The position numbers and the translations under genes were made by a program. A DNA stretch of 64,000 nucleotides, taken from Setoptus koraiensis. Lineage: Eukaryota > Animalia > Arthropoda. The DNA is taken from NCBI GenBank assembly GCA_048013815.1, contig CM106585.1, positions 3,162,001 through 3,226,000 of the forward strand, in the 5' to 3' direction. Within the stretch, counting starts at the first letter, position 1; the number at the start of each line of letters is the position of its first letter. Below, one piece after another: positions 21,651 to 34,761 of the stretch. Below the pieces are notes generated by a model. The model was not told the origin of the DNA, did no database searches, and saw only the letters and a list, made by a program, of their open reading frames with translations.

Positions 21651-21668
21651 TGGTGCGGCAACCATTGA
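21651..21668 (+). promoter_or_regulatory. Primer-binding site of G2
   Basis: TGGTGCGGCAACC... immediately after the LTR's CA; primer tRNA not identified. Confidence 0.7.
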
Positions 21669-21761
21669 CCAGTGTAATCTAGCATTTATCATTGGTTCCG
21701 CAAAAACTGAAAGACACAACGTGAAGAAAACCACAGAGACGATACGTCTCACAAAAAAAAA

Positions 21762-24700
21762 ATGGATACTAAAGGGGATCCAAGTTCATCAAAGGATGGA
21801 CACAACGCTGAACCAAGCCAGGAACCACTTGACGAGATCGCGACAACCCTTGCGACCGTCATGCGTTCAAACCTTACTAAAGAGGCAAAAAAATTTGTGG
21901 AGCAAGTGTTAAAAGACATGAGTGCCGGCAAGAGCCCCCAAGGGTCAACTCCGCCGCCACCCATACGGAGAGTGCATGCACCTGCCCAAAGTGTTGCAGG
22001 AAATCATTCTAACCAAGGCATTGACCTAAGCAAATTAGTCCGCAAACCACGCATGTTCAACGGCTCAAATTCGACAGCCAGAGCGTGGATGGAGGAGTAC
22101 GAATTCTCCTGTGAGCTCAACTCATGGTCAGAAAGTGAGATGGTAAAGTACTTCCCTGCATATTAAGAAGGGTCAGCCCTGAGCTGGTTCAAGTATTACG
22201 TCAAGGTGCCCGCTACTGAGCAACAAGAACTGATAACATGGCAGTTCATCAAGCATAAATTTTGTAAGAACTATTTCTCAGCAATGAACGCTTCGGCACT
22301 AAGCAAGCAGATCGACGGCAAAGCACAGGGTCACAATGAACCCGTCAATGCATTCATTGCCGATATGAGAGCCTTGCTCAAAATCTACGATCCCGAAATG
22401 AGCGAAACTAAACAGGTCCTCAAAATCAGAGAACGCCTATTACCAGTGTTTCAAAAGTTTGTTTCGATAAGTGATCCTACGACATATGAAGCCCTAGTGG
22501 ATTTGTGTGTTAAAATCGAAGTGGGCGAGGAAGCCTCGCACCCGAAATCAAAGAACGTCAGTCTAGTGATCGACCGCGACAAGTCCAAAAGCGAGAAGAA
22601 CGAAAAAGGGCGTACACGTCGCAACAGGCGGGGTAGCGACAAGAAAAAGTTTACAAGAGCACCAGTAGATATGTCAAAAACTTGCTCTAGGTGTGAGCGT
22701 CATGGCCACCTAAAGCACGAGTGCTTCGCCAAGTCTAAAGCAGACCGCTCCGAGCTTCATGATAAACCGCCTTGCACGAGACCGACGAAAACAGACAACA
22801 ATGTCCAATTGCCTAAATGTGCACCAAGCACCTCTAAGGAAGCTACGATGGAGATCAAAACAATCAAACACGTAGCCACTATTGTAGGTAGCATCGAACC
22901 CGAGACAATCCCGTATATCGAAATATTCGCAAGAATAGAAGGTAGAATGATAAGCAGCATGGTCGATACCGGTGCGCTACTCACCGCCGCTATGAGCGAA
23001 GCAACTGCTCGGGCGTGTGGGTTCATAATACAACCATATCCAGTAAAGTTGAATTTAAAAGGGGCGAATGGTATCCGATTGCGTATGCTCGGCACTACGG
23101 TGCAAGAAACCGAAATAAGGCTGGGTAACATGACTAAAATTTTAAATGTCGAATACCATGTCATCCGCCACTTGCCAGTTGCCGTTATAATCGGCAAAAC
23201 TTTACTGAAGCGGTTGAGAATATGCATCCGCTGCGATGTATCTGAAGACAAGCTATCGTACATCGACGATGAAGACGACAGGCAATACGACAGAGTCATC
23301 GATCAAGCGCAACCGTCATTAACAGTATGTCCAGTGGTCACAACAGAGCAGCGACCATCTAAGAAGTCGGGGACAGTTATTGCAGCCGAGATGCAAAGAA
23401 TCAATCAACGCACCCAACAGTTCGTTAGCGTTATAGTAGAGGCCGAGCATGATATGCTGATTCGCCCTTGCAACGAATCGAAAGGGTTGAGCGTCGCAAA
23501 CGGTATATATAGCCCGTCGAGCGACAACAAAATATTAGTCATGAACACGACTAATGCTCCCATCGTAATCAAAAAGGGAGCAGTTGTGGCAAGGTACGAA
23601 ACCTTGAGTGACAGTGAGATCGCCGAATCAGACCCGGCTATCAACGCCATATTAGAGGTCGATGAAACTGGATCAACGATAGAAGTCGGCGACGAATTAG
23701 ACGAACAACAGATTCGTGAAGTGAAAGAGCTGATAGTCGAGTATAAAGACGTTTTCTCCTTTGATGGCGAGCTAGGATGCACAGAATCGTGCGAGCATGA
23801 CATAGAGTTGCTGCCTGGATCGAAACCAACGGCCGAGCCATTGCGTCGACACGCGCATGTGGAGAAAGAGGCCGTGAAAAAACAGATAAACGACATGCTC
23901 GCTAAAGGCGTGATAGAAAAGTCCTCATCGCCGTGGGCCAGCGCATATGTGCTGGTCAAGAAAAAAAACGGTCAGCTACGCTTCTGCGTAGATTACCGTC
24001 GAGTCAATGCACAAACAAAGAGAAATGTCTACCCGCTGCCACGGTTAGACGACTGCCTGGATTTTATGACAGGCAAGGTATACTTTACGCTGCTAGATTT
24101 TGCCTCTGGGTATTGGCAGATACCGATGGCTAAAAATGCGCGTGAAGTAACGGCATTTAGAACTCACGAGGGCCTATGGCAATTTAAGGTCATGCCGTTC
24201 GGGCTGACAAACAGCGGCGCGTCCTTCCAACGCATGGTGGACGCGGTATTTAGTGGGTTAAAAAACGAAGACCTCATGGTCTTCATCGACGATACCTGCG
24301 TTGCATCAAGCAGCTGGACGGAACATATGGCTGCTCTAAAAAAAGTCTTCAGCTGTATCCGCAACGCCAAATTGAAACTACAACCCCCTAAATGCAAGAT
24401 AGGCACAACCTCCGTTAGGTTCCTTGGACATCGAATATCGAAACAAGGCATTCAACCCGACGAAGATCTGGTCAAAGCCATCAAAAACTTTCCAGTACCG
24501 ACATCCGTCACCCAAGTCAGATCGTTTCTAGGCAAGGCATCCTATTATAGGAGGTTTATACCTAAGCTGGCCGAGATGTCGGGACCATTGATTGAGCTGA
24601 CGCACAAAAACGCGGCGTTCAGATGGGAAGCTGAACAAGCGAACGCGTTTGGAAAAATCAAAAGTGCGCTGAGCTCCGAGTTATGCGTCGCCTGCTACAA

Positions 24701-26738
24701 CCCAACTCTCGACACTCGGCTCAAAACAGATGCCAGTACCGAGGGGTTTGGTGCCATCTTACAGCAGCGCCACCCAAATGGGTGGATGATCGTCGCATGC
24801 GCTTCTAAAAGGTTGAGCGACAGCGAGAAACGTTATTCGGTTACAAAGCTCGAGGCGGCCGCACTCATGTGGGCTATCGACAGGTATCGAGCGTACCTAC
24901 TTGGCAGGCCGTTTACCGTGCTGGTGGACCATTGCGCCCTGTGCGTAATGGGCAAGAAGCGTCCAAGGTCACCTCAGTTAGCACGCTGGGCAATGTTATT
25001 GAACGAATACGACCTTAAAATCGAGTACGTCAAGGGCAAATTACACGCCGACGTAGACTGTTTGTCGCGGAATGCTGTCGACGAACATGATCACATCGCG
25101 GAACGGGCGATTATTTTCATCGGAATGATCATTCCGACCAACACGGACGATTGGATTAACGAATACGAAACCTCAGTGGAAGCCCAAGCTCTCCTTAACA
25201 AAGCGGCCGAAAATGAAGGAATGGTAACGATTGATGATGTGCTATACGACGCCAACAACAAATTATACGTGCCGGCTCGGTTGAGAAGAGAGTTCATATC
25301 CCGGGCCCACGATGATTTGCTTACAGGCCATGGCGGCCGCAAAGCAACATACGAACACCTCCACCGTAATTACTGGTGGCCAAGCATGGTGCTGGATATC
25401 AACAATTATGTAGATAGCTGCGCCATATGCCAACAACGCAAGGTGCCACGGCAAAGGCAAGCTGGTCATATGAGATCGTTCGAGTGTACCTCAGTTTTCG
25501 AGCTCGTCGCTATTGACTGCATTGGGCCGTTGCCACCGTCCACCAAACAGAATAGGCACATATTCGTAGCGATAGACACTTTTTCGAGGTTTGTAGAGGT
25601 GAAAGCGGACGAGGAAGTGTCATCTGTCAAATTCGCGAAATTTCTAATTGCTAATGTGGTGTCCCGATATGGCACACCGCAGCAGATTTTGACAGACAAT
25701 GCTCAAACTTTTGGAGCTGAAGTTGTAAAGGAAGTGTGCAAGCTTTTTGAAATTAAACACCTCCGATCGACTCCCTTGCATTCGCAAGGCAACGCCATTG
25801 TCGAGCGTGTAAACGCAACGATAGGCGACAAACTGGCGATGATAATAAATGGGCACGATCAATTTAGTCGAGACAACTGGGACGACGCTCTGCCCATGAT
25901 CGCATATGCAATAAACACGACCGTACACTCCTCGCTGGGAGTATCACCTTTCGAGTTGATGTACGGTCGAACACCAATTTTGTTAACTAGCGAGACAAAA
26001 GTCAAAAACATGACCGTACACCAACTGTACTCGAAAATGACAAAGTTGCAACTTGAAGCCAACATCGCTATAGCAATCAACTCCAATGCGATGGCAGCCG
26101 CAGCCGCAAAGACCAGATATGACAAAAAAAGATCAAACGTCTCGTTTAGCATAGGTGATAAAGTGTGGGTACTCAAAAATCAAGCCCGTGGCGCAAAGTT
26201 GAGTAATCGTAGCGACGGTCCCTACACTATCTCTGACGTCCGAAACAACAATATTTACGAGATGGAACACGATCAAACCAATAAAAAAATCGTGCGACAT
26301 GTTTCATTGCTACGGAAGTATGTGCCGAGAAACGACTCGAATGAGTCCGACGCAGCAAATAACTCAGACTCCACGACGACATCGCAAACCCCATCAGGCA
26401 GAAGCTCCCATTCCAGGTCATCGAGTGCGTCGAGCGTCCTTACTCAAGCGATAATGTTGATATACGCGGCAACATCAGTAATGTGTAACGGCAACATACG
26501 TCAAGAATCGCCCATCGTCTGGCGAAAGATGGAGTCAACAACGGTGCAAGGTGACAAACACTGGGACCTTGCAATCACTTTTGTGTCGCCCTGCAGAGCC
26601 TTCGTCAATGAGACGCACGACCTGTGTGAGCAATATTATCAGAAAGAAATCGTCGATCGATTAAACGGTTGGTCCATCGACTCGCGGACAAAATGCCTAG
26701 AGAAATATGGGCGGCGCTATATGTACAAGGCAGGATAG
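21762..26738 (+). pseudogene. pol: G2 gag-pol-env(N-terminal) ORF with one premature stop at 22164-22166
   Basis: ORFs 21762-22166 and 22206-26738 are in the same frame. YFPAY*EGSALSW restores a typical gag motif if TAA was TTA. Contains MVDTGA, FIDD, TDAS, rve and GPY motifs and a signal peptide at ~26450. Confidence 0.9.
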
Positions 26739-27790
26739 CTAAGCAGGCAGATTGGTTAAAACAATTCACCAAAACTTGGAAGGCCGGCATGGTGTCGACG
26801 GAACTCGGGGAAATGTTAGCTTCGCCCGAATTGACCAATATCGACACTCATTCCTCATCTGCACGAGAATGCCGGAGTTTGGGAGGATCGGTGACCGGCG
26901 TAAGGCTATCGTTCACCACGAGACTCACCGACCGAAAGTCTTACGTACTGAAGGCCGACCCGTTCGAGGTGTATACTAACCTCACAAGTCGACCTTGTCT
27001 CAGTAGATACCAAGGCAGTGAATACATGCTATTAAATGAGACGGCGAATTGTATAAAACCGCTGGCAGACTCGCATGTAGGCCCATACGTAAACTTTGAT
27101 TGTAGGACTCACAATCACGCGCCTGAGGCGGCGGAACCGTGGAAACCAGTGGCTTGTTTTAAAAACCTTAACCATATCGAGGCTAAAGAGGAAATAAAGA
27201 TCACCCAAAGTAAGGTGTTCGTTTACTGCGTAGGCAACACGATAGAAATCAACGGCCGGACACGAAGGTGCCCGCCGTACGTATTCAGCGTAGACTCCGG
27301 AGCCCAATGGAAAACAAAACACCATTCTTGGTTAACAACGGTCGACGAGAGGAAAAGCGTATCCGTGGATGACTTCAACAACTCCTTATGGAATAGTCTG
27401 CTGCGCTTTAACCCGCACCACGAAGATACGGTCCAAATGATGGATAAGATCTCGGAACTAATTAACCTAACCGAGGGCATGAACCCTGAACGGTTCCGAA
27501 CGGGTCACACATTGCCGACAGAAGACGAGGCACCCTCTATGGTAATGACCATAGTGGTCACCATTGGCCTCACTGCCATTGTATGCAGCATAGCCGCTGT
27601 GTATGTTTGGACGAAGTGTGGTGGCCAGAAGAAGGTCGGTATCTACAACGTACCAGTGTTTTCGGCTCGAAACCGCGGTACGTCCTTAGGGAGAGGGATG
27701 TCACGGCCTGGCCGTGCTGAGCCCGCTGACGAGGAGTTGAGCCTATCGACTCAACTGCCTCGCAGTGTCGCGTTACGCGAGAACGAATAA
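26669..27790 (+). pseudogene. env: G2 env-like C-terminal part, frameshifted; reads into the 3' LTR
   Basis: ADPFEVYTNLT, VYCVGNTIEING...CPPYVF and TM (MVMTIVVTIGLTAIVCSIAAVYVW) align with G1 env. Confidence 0.85.
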
Positions 27791-27892
27791 AAGAGCGAGG
27801 AGAAGGATCATTCTCGTTCGAGTTAAAGGATGTATAAAGCAAAAGAAATAATAAAATATATATACAAAAATACACAAAAATCAACCTTAACA
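27699..27892 (+). repeat. G2 3' LTR
   Basis: Identical to 21457-21650. Confidence 0.95.
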
Positions 27893-30288
27893 TGCGGACA
27901 TAGACAGGTCCGTCCAGCTGTCGTCGTTTACTAACTTTTCTGAGATTTTCTGTTGACTCTGCTGTCTTTTGGTTTCTCCTAAAGCTTGAATTTCCTCTGA
28001 AGTGAGGGATTCAAAGATACTTCTGGACACACCCAACTGCATGTTTATGCGATTTGGGATGTCACCACCCATTGCTGATTGACTAATATTAGACTTCGTA
28101 TATTTATAATTGACACCATCGATTAGGAAGGTGGCTTCCCCCTCAATGGACATTACGTAGTTAGGGCAACTGCGTTTTTCGTTGTTCACGATGATGCTGT
28201 GCCCTTGGCAGTTGACCCGAACATTATGTGCGTCGTGTTTAATTTGGATTGCGGGTCCAACTGCTGGCAGAGCCGATTGCTTTCTGCAGTCAAACGGTGT
28301 AAATGTTGTAATATTAGTCAGAGGGTTGCGGTGTGTGCAGCCTTGGCTGATCACCACACCGTCTTGGATTTCCTTTTCAAGGAGCGGCCTGAAACAGTCA
28401 GAAGTGGTGTTGTACATCACATACTCGGGCCCTGTGTACCGGAATGTACATAGTAGACCCTCATGAAGGGCTATATAGCTAAAGGGGTCTGCCCTCATGA
28501 TGACTACATGAGGACTGGTTCTGAGAAGGGTGAGTTGAATTAGGAATTCATTGTTTTGCACATTCCAATGATGCACGGTGGAGTGTTTTAGTGTGCCTTT
28601 TTCCATTATGCCCGTTATATTGAAGATTTCCAGCAGCACCAGTGGAACTTCTCCGTTCCGGTGCAACTCGCTCTTGAGCTGCTGAATCTTCTTCTTTTCT
28701 TCGTTGAATTTAGACAGTGTTTGAAATAACGCTGCGTTTATGCTGGCTTGGGCCAGTGCTATATCACCGAGGTGGTCGATGTCCCGTTCAAGTTTGCCAA
28801 CCATCGTTGCTACTTTGGTGTCAAACAGGGCTATCTTATGTTGCAGTGAGATGAGTTTGTGATCCAGTCGATTTGTCATCTCTTGAAGATTGCTGATTGA
28901 GTCCGTGCTTGATTTGTCTGACAACCAATTGGAGATAGAGAAGTAAAGTGCCGATATTGATGTGATCATGGTGAGAGCGACTGCTTCACGCGTCTTTCTG
29001 ATATTGGAGGACAAACCGAGCGCTGCGACGTTGTCTGTAACATCTTCTCTGAACCTTCGAGAACACGCTTCTACAATGCTCTGATCGAGTCTTTTGACAC
29101 CTGTCATGTTTGAAAACAGTGTTGGGCAAGGGTCGTGGAATAACAGGCGTAGGTTATAATCAACTTGCCCTTCTACATGTGCAGCGTCCATTTTTCGCCA
29201 TATTATAGGATCCTCGACATGGAAAGTACTCTCAACCGAGGTGCACATAAGCATAATGCTGCAGAGCAGAACCATTGCACAGTTCATCGCCCTAGTGACG
29301 GTGGTTGTGGTTGGTTGGGAGGCTGTGTACATTGCTACGTCTTGTAAGCCAATTTTCGACCTCATGTCTGCGTGCATCTTTGGACTCAAGGGCTTGGTCA
29401 ACATGTCTGCTTTTTGCTCAGATGATGGGATGTATTGTACTTGAAACTCCTCATTATTAAGGTTTTCTCTGATGTGTAGAAGCCGGATGTCTAAGTGCTT
29501 GGTTCGTGAGTGATACTCAGGATTTTTCATGAGTTTAATAGTCGGTTGGTTGTCCACCATTAGCTTAATTCGTTGATGGCTTACTTTCAGTTCGCTGAAA
29601 ATTTTATTGAGCCATAAAATTTCCTTGGCCGCTAGGTTGGCTGCGATTAGTTCTGCCTCGGTCGTGGATAGTGCGACCAGGCCTTGTTGTTTGCTTAAAA
29701 ACGTTATTGGTCCACCAGCTACAAAGGAGATGACTCCGCTAGTCGACCTTCGCGTTTTTATGTCGCCGGCCCAGTCGGCGTCGGAGTAGCAAACGATATC
29801 AGATTTATTGTCGGCTGTAAACATCAGTCCGAGTTGGTCAGTGCCTTTGAGGTACCTAAGTATGCGCTTGGCGGCTGACCAGTGTTTTTCAAGGGGGCAG
29901 CTGTTAAATTTGGCCAGTGTGCAAACTGCGTGTAGTATGTCGGGTCTGGTGCCACATGCGCAGTACAGCAGTGAACCAATGAGCTCCCTGTATGGAGCGC
30001 TGGTTTCAATGTCGTTTTCGGAAATTTCTTGCAATTCTTTGAGGTCAGCCATCATCGGCGATGGTGCGGGTAGGCAGTCGGCCATTTTGTATAGTTCCAG
30101 CATTCGGTGAATGTAAGCTCGTTGGTGTAGAATGGTTCTTTGCTCGTTTGATATCACTTCATATCCTATAAAACAATCTGTACTTACTTGTCTCACACTC
30201 AAGTTCAGCTTCAAGTATGCAAACAGTTCGTCGAGCGCTTCTTGGCTGGTCGAGAAGGCGACGCCATCATCGACGTAGACTATCAGCC
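27893..30288 (-). CDS. pol: Copia RT C-terminus, RNase H and in-frame env-like ectodomain (truncated at both ends)
   Basis: LIVYVDD, YRELIGSLLY...TRPDI, YSDADWAGD..TRRSTSG, STTEAE, TKHLDIR and QKADMLTKPL are Copia motifs. The same frame continues into a signal peptide (~29287), RKTR plus hydrophobic peptide, heptads and a Cys-rich domain. Confidence 0.92.
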
Positions 30289-30788
30289 NNNNNNNNNNNN
30301 NNNNNNNNNNNNNNNNNNNNNNNNNNNNNNNNNNNNNNNNNNNNNNNNNNNNNNNNNNNNNNNNNNNNNNNNNNNNNNNNNNNNNNNNNNNNNNNNNNNN
30401 NNNNNNNNNNNNNNNNNNNNNNNNNNNNNNNNNNNNNNNNNNNNNNNNNNNNNNNNNNNNNNNNNNNNNNNNNNNNNNNNNNNNNNNNNNNNNNNNNNNN
30501 NNNNNNNNNNNNNNNNNNNNNNNNNNNNNNNNNNNNNNNNNNNNNNNNNNNNNNNNNNNNNNNNNNNNNNNNNNNNNNNNNNNNNNNNNNNNNNNNNNNN
30601 NNNNNNNNNNNNNNNNNNNNNNNNNNNNNNNNNNNNNNNNNNNNNNNNNNNNNNNNNNNNNNNNNNNNNNNNNNNNNNNNNNNNNNNNNNNNNNNNNNNN
30701 NNNNNNNNNNNNNNNNNNNNNNNNNNNNNNNNNNNNNNNNNNNNNNNNNNNNNNNNNNNNNNNNNNNNNNNNNNNNNNNNNNNNNNNN
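30289..30788. other. Assembly gap (500 N)
   Basis: Run of N. Confidence 1.
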
Positions 30789-33700
30789 GAGACTATCATC
30801 AGAAATTCGAATTTTCAATTTCGAATTTCGAAGTTCGAATTGTGGCCACCGAACTTCGAATTGTAACCATCGAACATCGAACGAGCAGATGAAACTATCA
30901 TCAGAAAATCGAATTTTCAATTTCGAATTTCGAATTGTTACCACCGAATTTCGAAATGTGACCATCGAACTGTGACCATCAAATTTCGATAGAGCAGATA
31001 AAATTATCATCAGGAAATCAAATTTTCAATTTTGAATTTCGAAGTTCGAATTGTGACCATCGAACTCTGACCATGGAACTACGACCATCGAACTTCGACG
31101 AAGCAGCTGAATCTCATTTCAGAAAATCAAATTTTCAATTTCCAATTTCGAAGTTCGAAATTCGAATTGTCACCACCGAACTCTGACCATAGAACTAAGA
31201 ACACTGAACCACTAACTTCGAACTAGCAGCTGAAACTCCCATGAGAAATTCGAATTTTCAATTTTGAATTTCGAATTGTTACCACCGAACTTCGAAATGT
31301 GACCATCGAACTCTGACCCCCGAACACTGAACATCGAACTCCGACCATCGAACTCCGGCAGAGAAGCTGAGACTATCATCAGAAAATCGAATTTTCAATT
31401 TCGAATTGTTACCACCGAACTTCGAAATGTGACCATCGAACTCCGACCACCGAACACTGACAATCGAACATCGAACGAGCAGATGAAACTATCATCAGGA
31501 ATTCGAATTTTCAATTTCGAATTGTGACCATCGAACTCTGACCATCGAACACTGACCACCGAACTCCGACAGAGCAGATGAAACTATCACTAGAAAATCG
31601 AATTCTCAATTTCGAACTTCGAAGTTCGAAATGTGACCATCGAACTCTGACCAACGAACACTGACCACCGAACTCCGACAGAGCAGATGAGACTATCATC
31701 AGAAATTCGAATTTTCAATTTCGAATTTCGAAGTTCGAATTGTGGCCACCGAACTTCGAATTGTAACCATCGAACATCGAACGAGCAGATGAAACTATCA
31801 TCAGAAAATCGAATTTTCAATTTCGAATTTCGAATTGTTACCACCGAATTTCGAAATGTGACCATCGAACTGTGACCATCAAATTTCGATAGAGCAGATA
31901 AAATTATCATCAGGAAATCAAATTTTCAATTTTGAATTTCGAAGTTCGAATTGTGACCATCGAACTCTGACCATGGAACTACGACCATCGAACTTCGACG
32001 AAGCAGCTGAATCTCATTTCAGAAAATCAAATTTTCAATTTCCAATTTCGAAGTTCGAAATTCGAATTGTCACCACCGAACTCTGACCATAGAACTAAGA
32101 ACACTGAACCACTAACTTCGAACTAGCAGCTGAAACTCCCATGAGAAATTCGAATTTTCAATTTTGAATTTCGAATTGTTACCACCGAACTTCGAAATGT
32201 GACCATCGAACTCTGACCCCCGAACACTGAACATCGAACTCCGACCATCGAACTCCGGCAGAGAAGCTGAGACTATCATCAGAAAATCGAATTTTCAATT
32301 TCGAATTGTTACCACCGAACTTCGAAATGTGACCATCGAACTCCGACCACCGAACACTGACAATCGAACATCGAACGAGCAGATGAAACTATCATCAGGA
32401 ATTCGAATTTTCAATTTCGAATTGTGACCATCGAACTCTGACCATCGAACACTGACCACCGAACTCCGACAGAGCAGATGAAACTATCACTAGAAAATCG
32501 AATTCTCAATTTCGAACTTCGAAGTTCGAAATGTGACCATCGAACTCTGACCAACGAACACTGACCACCGAACTCCGACAGAGCAGATGAGACTATCATC
32601 AGAAATTCGAATTTTCAATTTCGAATTTCGAAGTTCGAATTGTGGCCACCGAACTTCGAATTGTAACCATCGAACATCGAACGAGCAGATGAAACTATCA
32701 TCAGAAAATCGAATTTTCAATTTCGAATTTCGAATTGTTACCACCGAATTTCGAAATGTGACCATCGAACTGTGACCATCAAATTTCGATAGAGCAGATA
32801 AAATTATCATCAGGAAATCAAATTTTCAATTTTGAATTTCGAAGTTCGAAATGTGACCATCGAACTCCGACCACCGAACACTGACAATCGAACATCGAAC
32901 GAGCAGATGAAACTATCATCAGGAATTCGAATTTTCAATTTCGAATTGTTACCACCGAACTTCGAATTGTGACCATCGAACTCTGACCATCGAACACTGA
33001 CCACCGAACTCCGACAGAGCAGATGAAACTATCACTAGAAAATCGAATTCTCAATTTCGAATTTCGAAGTTCGAAATGTGACCATCGAACTCTGACCATC
33101 GAACACTGACCACCGAACTCCGACAGAGCAGATGAGACTATCATCAGAAATTCGAATTTTCAATTTCGAATTTCGAAGTTCGAATTGTGGCCACCGAACT
33201 TCGAATTGTAACCATCGAACATCGAACGAGCAGATGAAACTATCATCAGAAAATCGAATTTTCAATTTCGAATTTCGAATTGTTACCACCGAATTTCGAA
33301 ATGTGACCATCGAACTGTGACCATCAAATTTCGATAGAGCAGATAAAATTATCATCAGGAAATCAAATTTTCAATTTTGAATTTCGAAGTTCGAATTGTG
33401 ACCATCGAACTCTGACCATGGAACTACGACCATCGAACTTCGACGAAGCAGCTGAATCTCATTTCAGAAAATCAAATTTTCAATTTCCAATTTCGAAGTT
33501 CGAAATTCGAATTGTCACCACCGAACTCTGACCATAGAACTAAGAACACTGAACCACTAACTTCGAACTAGCAGCTGAAACTCCCATGAGAAATTCGAAT
33601 TTTCAATTTTGAATTTCGAATTGTTACCACCGAACTTCGAAATGTGACCATCGAACTCTGACCCCCGAACACTGAACATCGAACTCCGACCATCGAACTC

Positions 33701-34510
33701 CGGCAGAGAAGCTGAGACTATCATCAGAAAATCGAATTTTCAATTTCGAATTGTTACCACCGAACTTCGAAATGTGACCATCGAACTCCGACCACCGAAC
33801 ACTGACAATCGAACATCGAACGAGCAGATGAAACTATCATCAGGAATTCGAATTTTCAATTTCGAATTGTGACCATCGAACTCTGACCATCGAACACTGA
33901 CCACCGAACTCCGACAGAGCAGATGAAACTATCACTAGAAAATCGAATTCTCAATTTCGAACTTCGAAGTTCGAAATGTGACCATCGAACTCTGACCAAC
34001 GAACACTGACCACCGAACTCCGACAGAGCAGATGAGACTATCATCAGAAATTCGAATTTTCAATTTCGAATTTCGAAGTTCGAATTGTGGCCACCGAACT
34101 TCGAATTGTAACCATCGAACATCGAACGAGCAGATGAAACTATCATCAGAAAATCGAATTTTCAATTTCGAATTTCGAATTGTTACCACCGAATTTCGAA
34201 ATGTGACCATCGAACTGTGACCATCAAATTTCGATAGAGCAGATAAAATTATCATCAGGAAATCAAATTTTCAATTTTGAATTTCGAAGTTCGAATTGTG
34301 ACCATCGAACTCTGACCATGGAACTACGACCATCGAACTTCGACGAAGCAGCTGAATCTCATTTCAGAAAATCAAATTTTCAATTTCCAATTTCGAAGTT
34401 CGAAATTCGAATTGTCACCACCGAACTCTGACCATAGAACTAAGAACACTGAACCACTAACTTCGAACTAGCAGCTGAAACTCCCATGAGAAATTCGAAT
34501 TTTCAATTTT
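30789..34510. repeat. TTCGAA-rich satellite with 900-bp higher-order repeat
   Basis: GACTATCATCAGAAATTCG anchor at 30791, 31691, 32591, 33136 and 34036 (spacings 900, 900, 545, 900), built from ~90-110-bp monomers. Confidence 0.95.
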
Positions 34511-34760
34511 GAAGTTCGATTTGTCACCACCGAGCTCCTCACAAATTCGACCTAGTCAAATCTCCATAGGATTGCATACGAAATATTTTCGAGTAAAGCG
34601 ATAATAGACCAAGTCAAATCTACATCGGAATACATGTGTAATATCTAGCAGGATTCTCACAAATTTGACTAAGTCAAACCTCCATAGGATTACATAGTCA
34701 CGTGAATAAACCTAGTCATCATCACCACCCCAATAGCAGCTTAATTAAAATTAAGCGCTA
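30789..34760 (-). mobile_element. HINE with expanded satellite; 3' end hidden in or beyond the gap
   Basis: The satellite runs directly into the conserved block ending GCTTAATTAAAATTAAGCGCTAA (34739-34761). Confidence 0.75.
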
Positions 34761-34761
34761 A

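Larger units (their letters stand above)
21457..27892 (+). mobile_element. G2: full-length Ty3/Gypsy LTR retrotransposon with env-like region (defective)
   Basis: Two identical 194-bp LTRs, PBS and PPT AGGGAGAGGGA (27688-27698); gag-pol-env. No TSD detected. Confidence 0.95.

Noticed and set aside
13571-27480. Many 60-190 aa antisense or alternate-frame ORFs overlapping the G1, G2, G3 and Copia polyproteins
   Set aside because: They are shadow frames of long coding regions, mostly with non-ATG starts and no recognisable motifs.
27887-31010. ORFs spanning the N gaps (27887-30799, 30188-30892, 30217-30975, 30267-31010; also 54287-54934 and 54351-54881)
   Set aside because: Their length comes from translating N as X; only 27893-30288 is real coding sequence.
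30789-34510. Heat-shock element array, and the repeated 60-110 aa ORFs in the satellite
   Set aside because: The dominant unit is GAA-N-TTC (1-nt spacer), not nGAAnnTTCn. The ORFs are low-complexity by-products of a stop-poor repeat.
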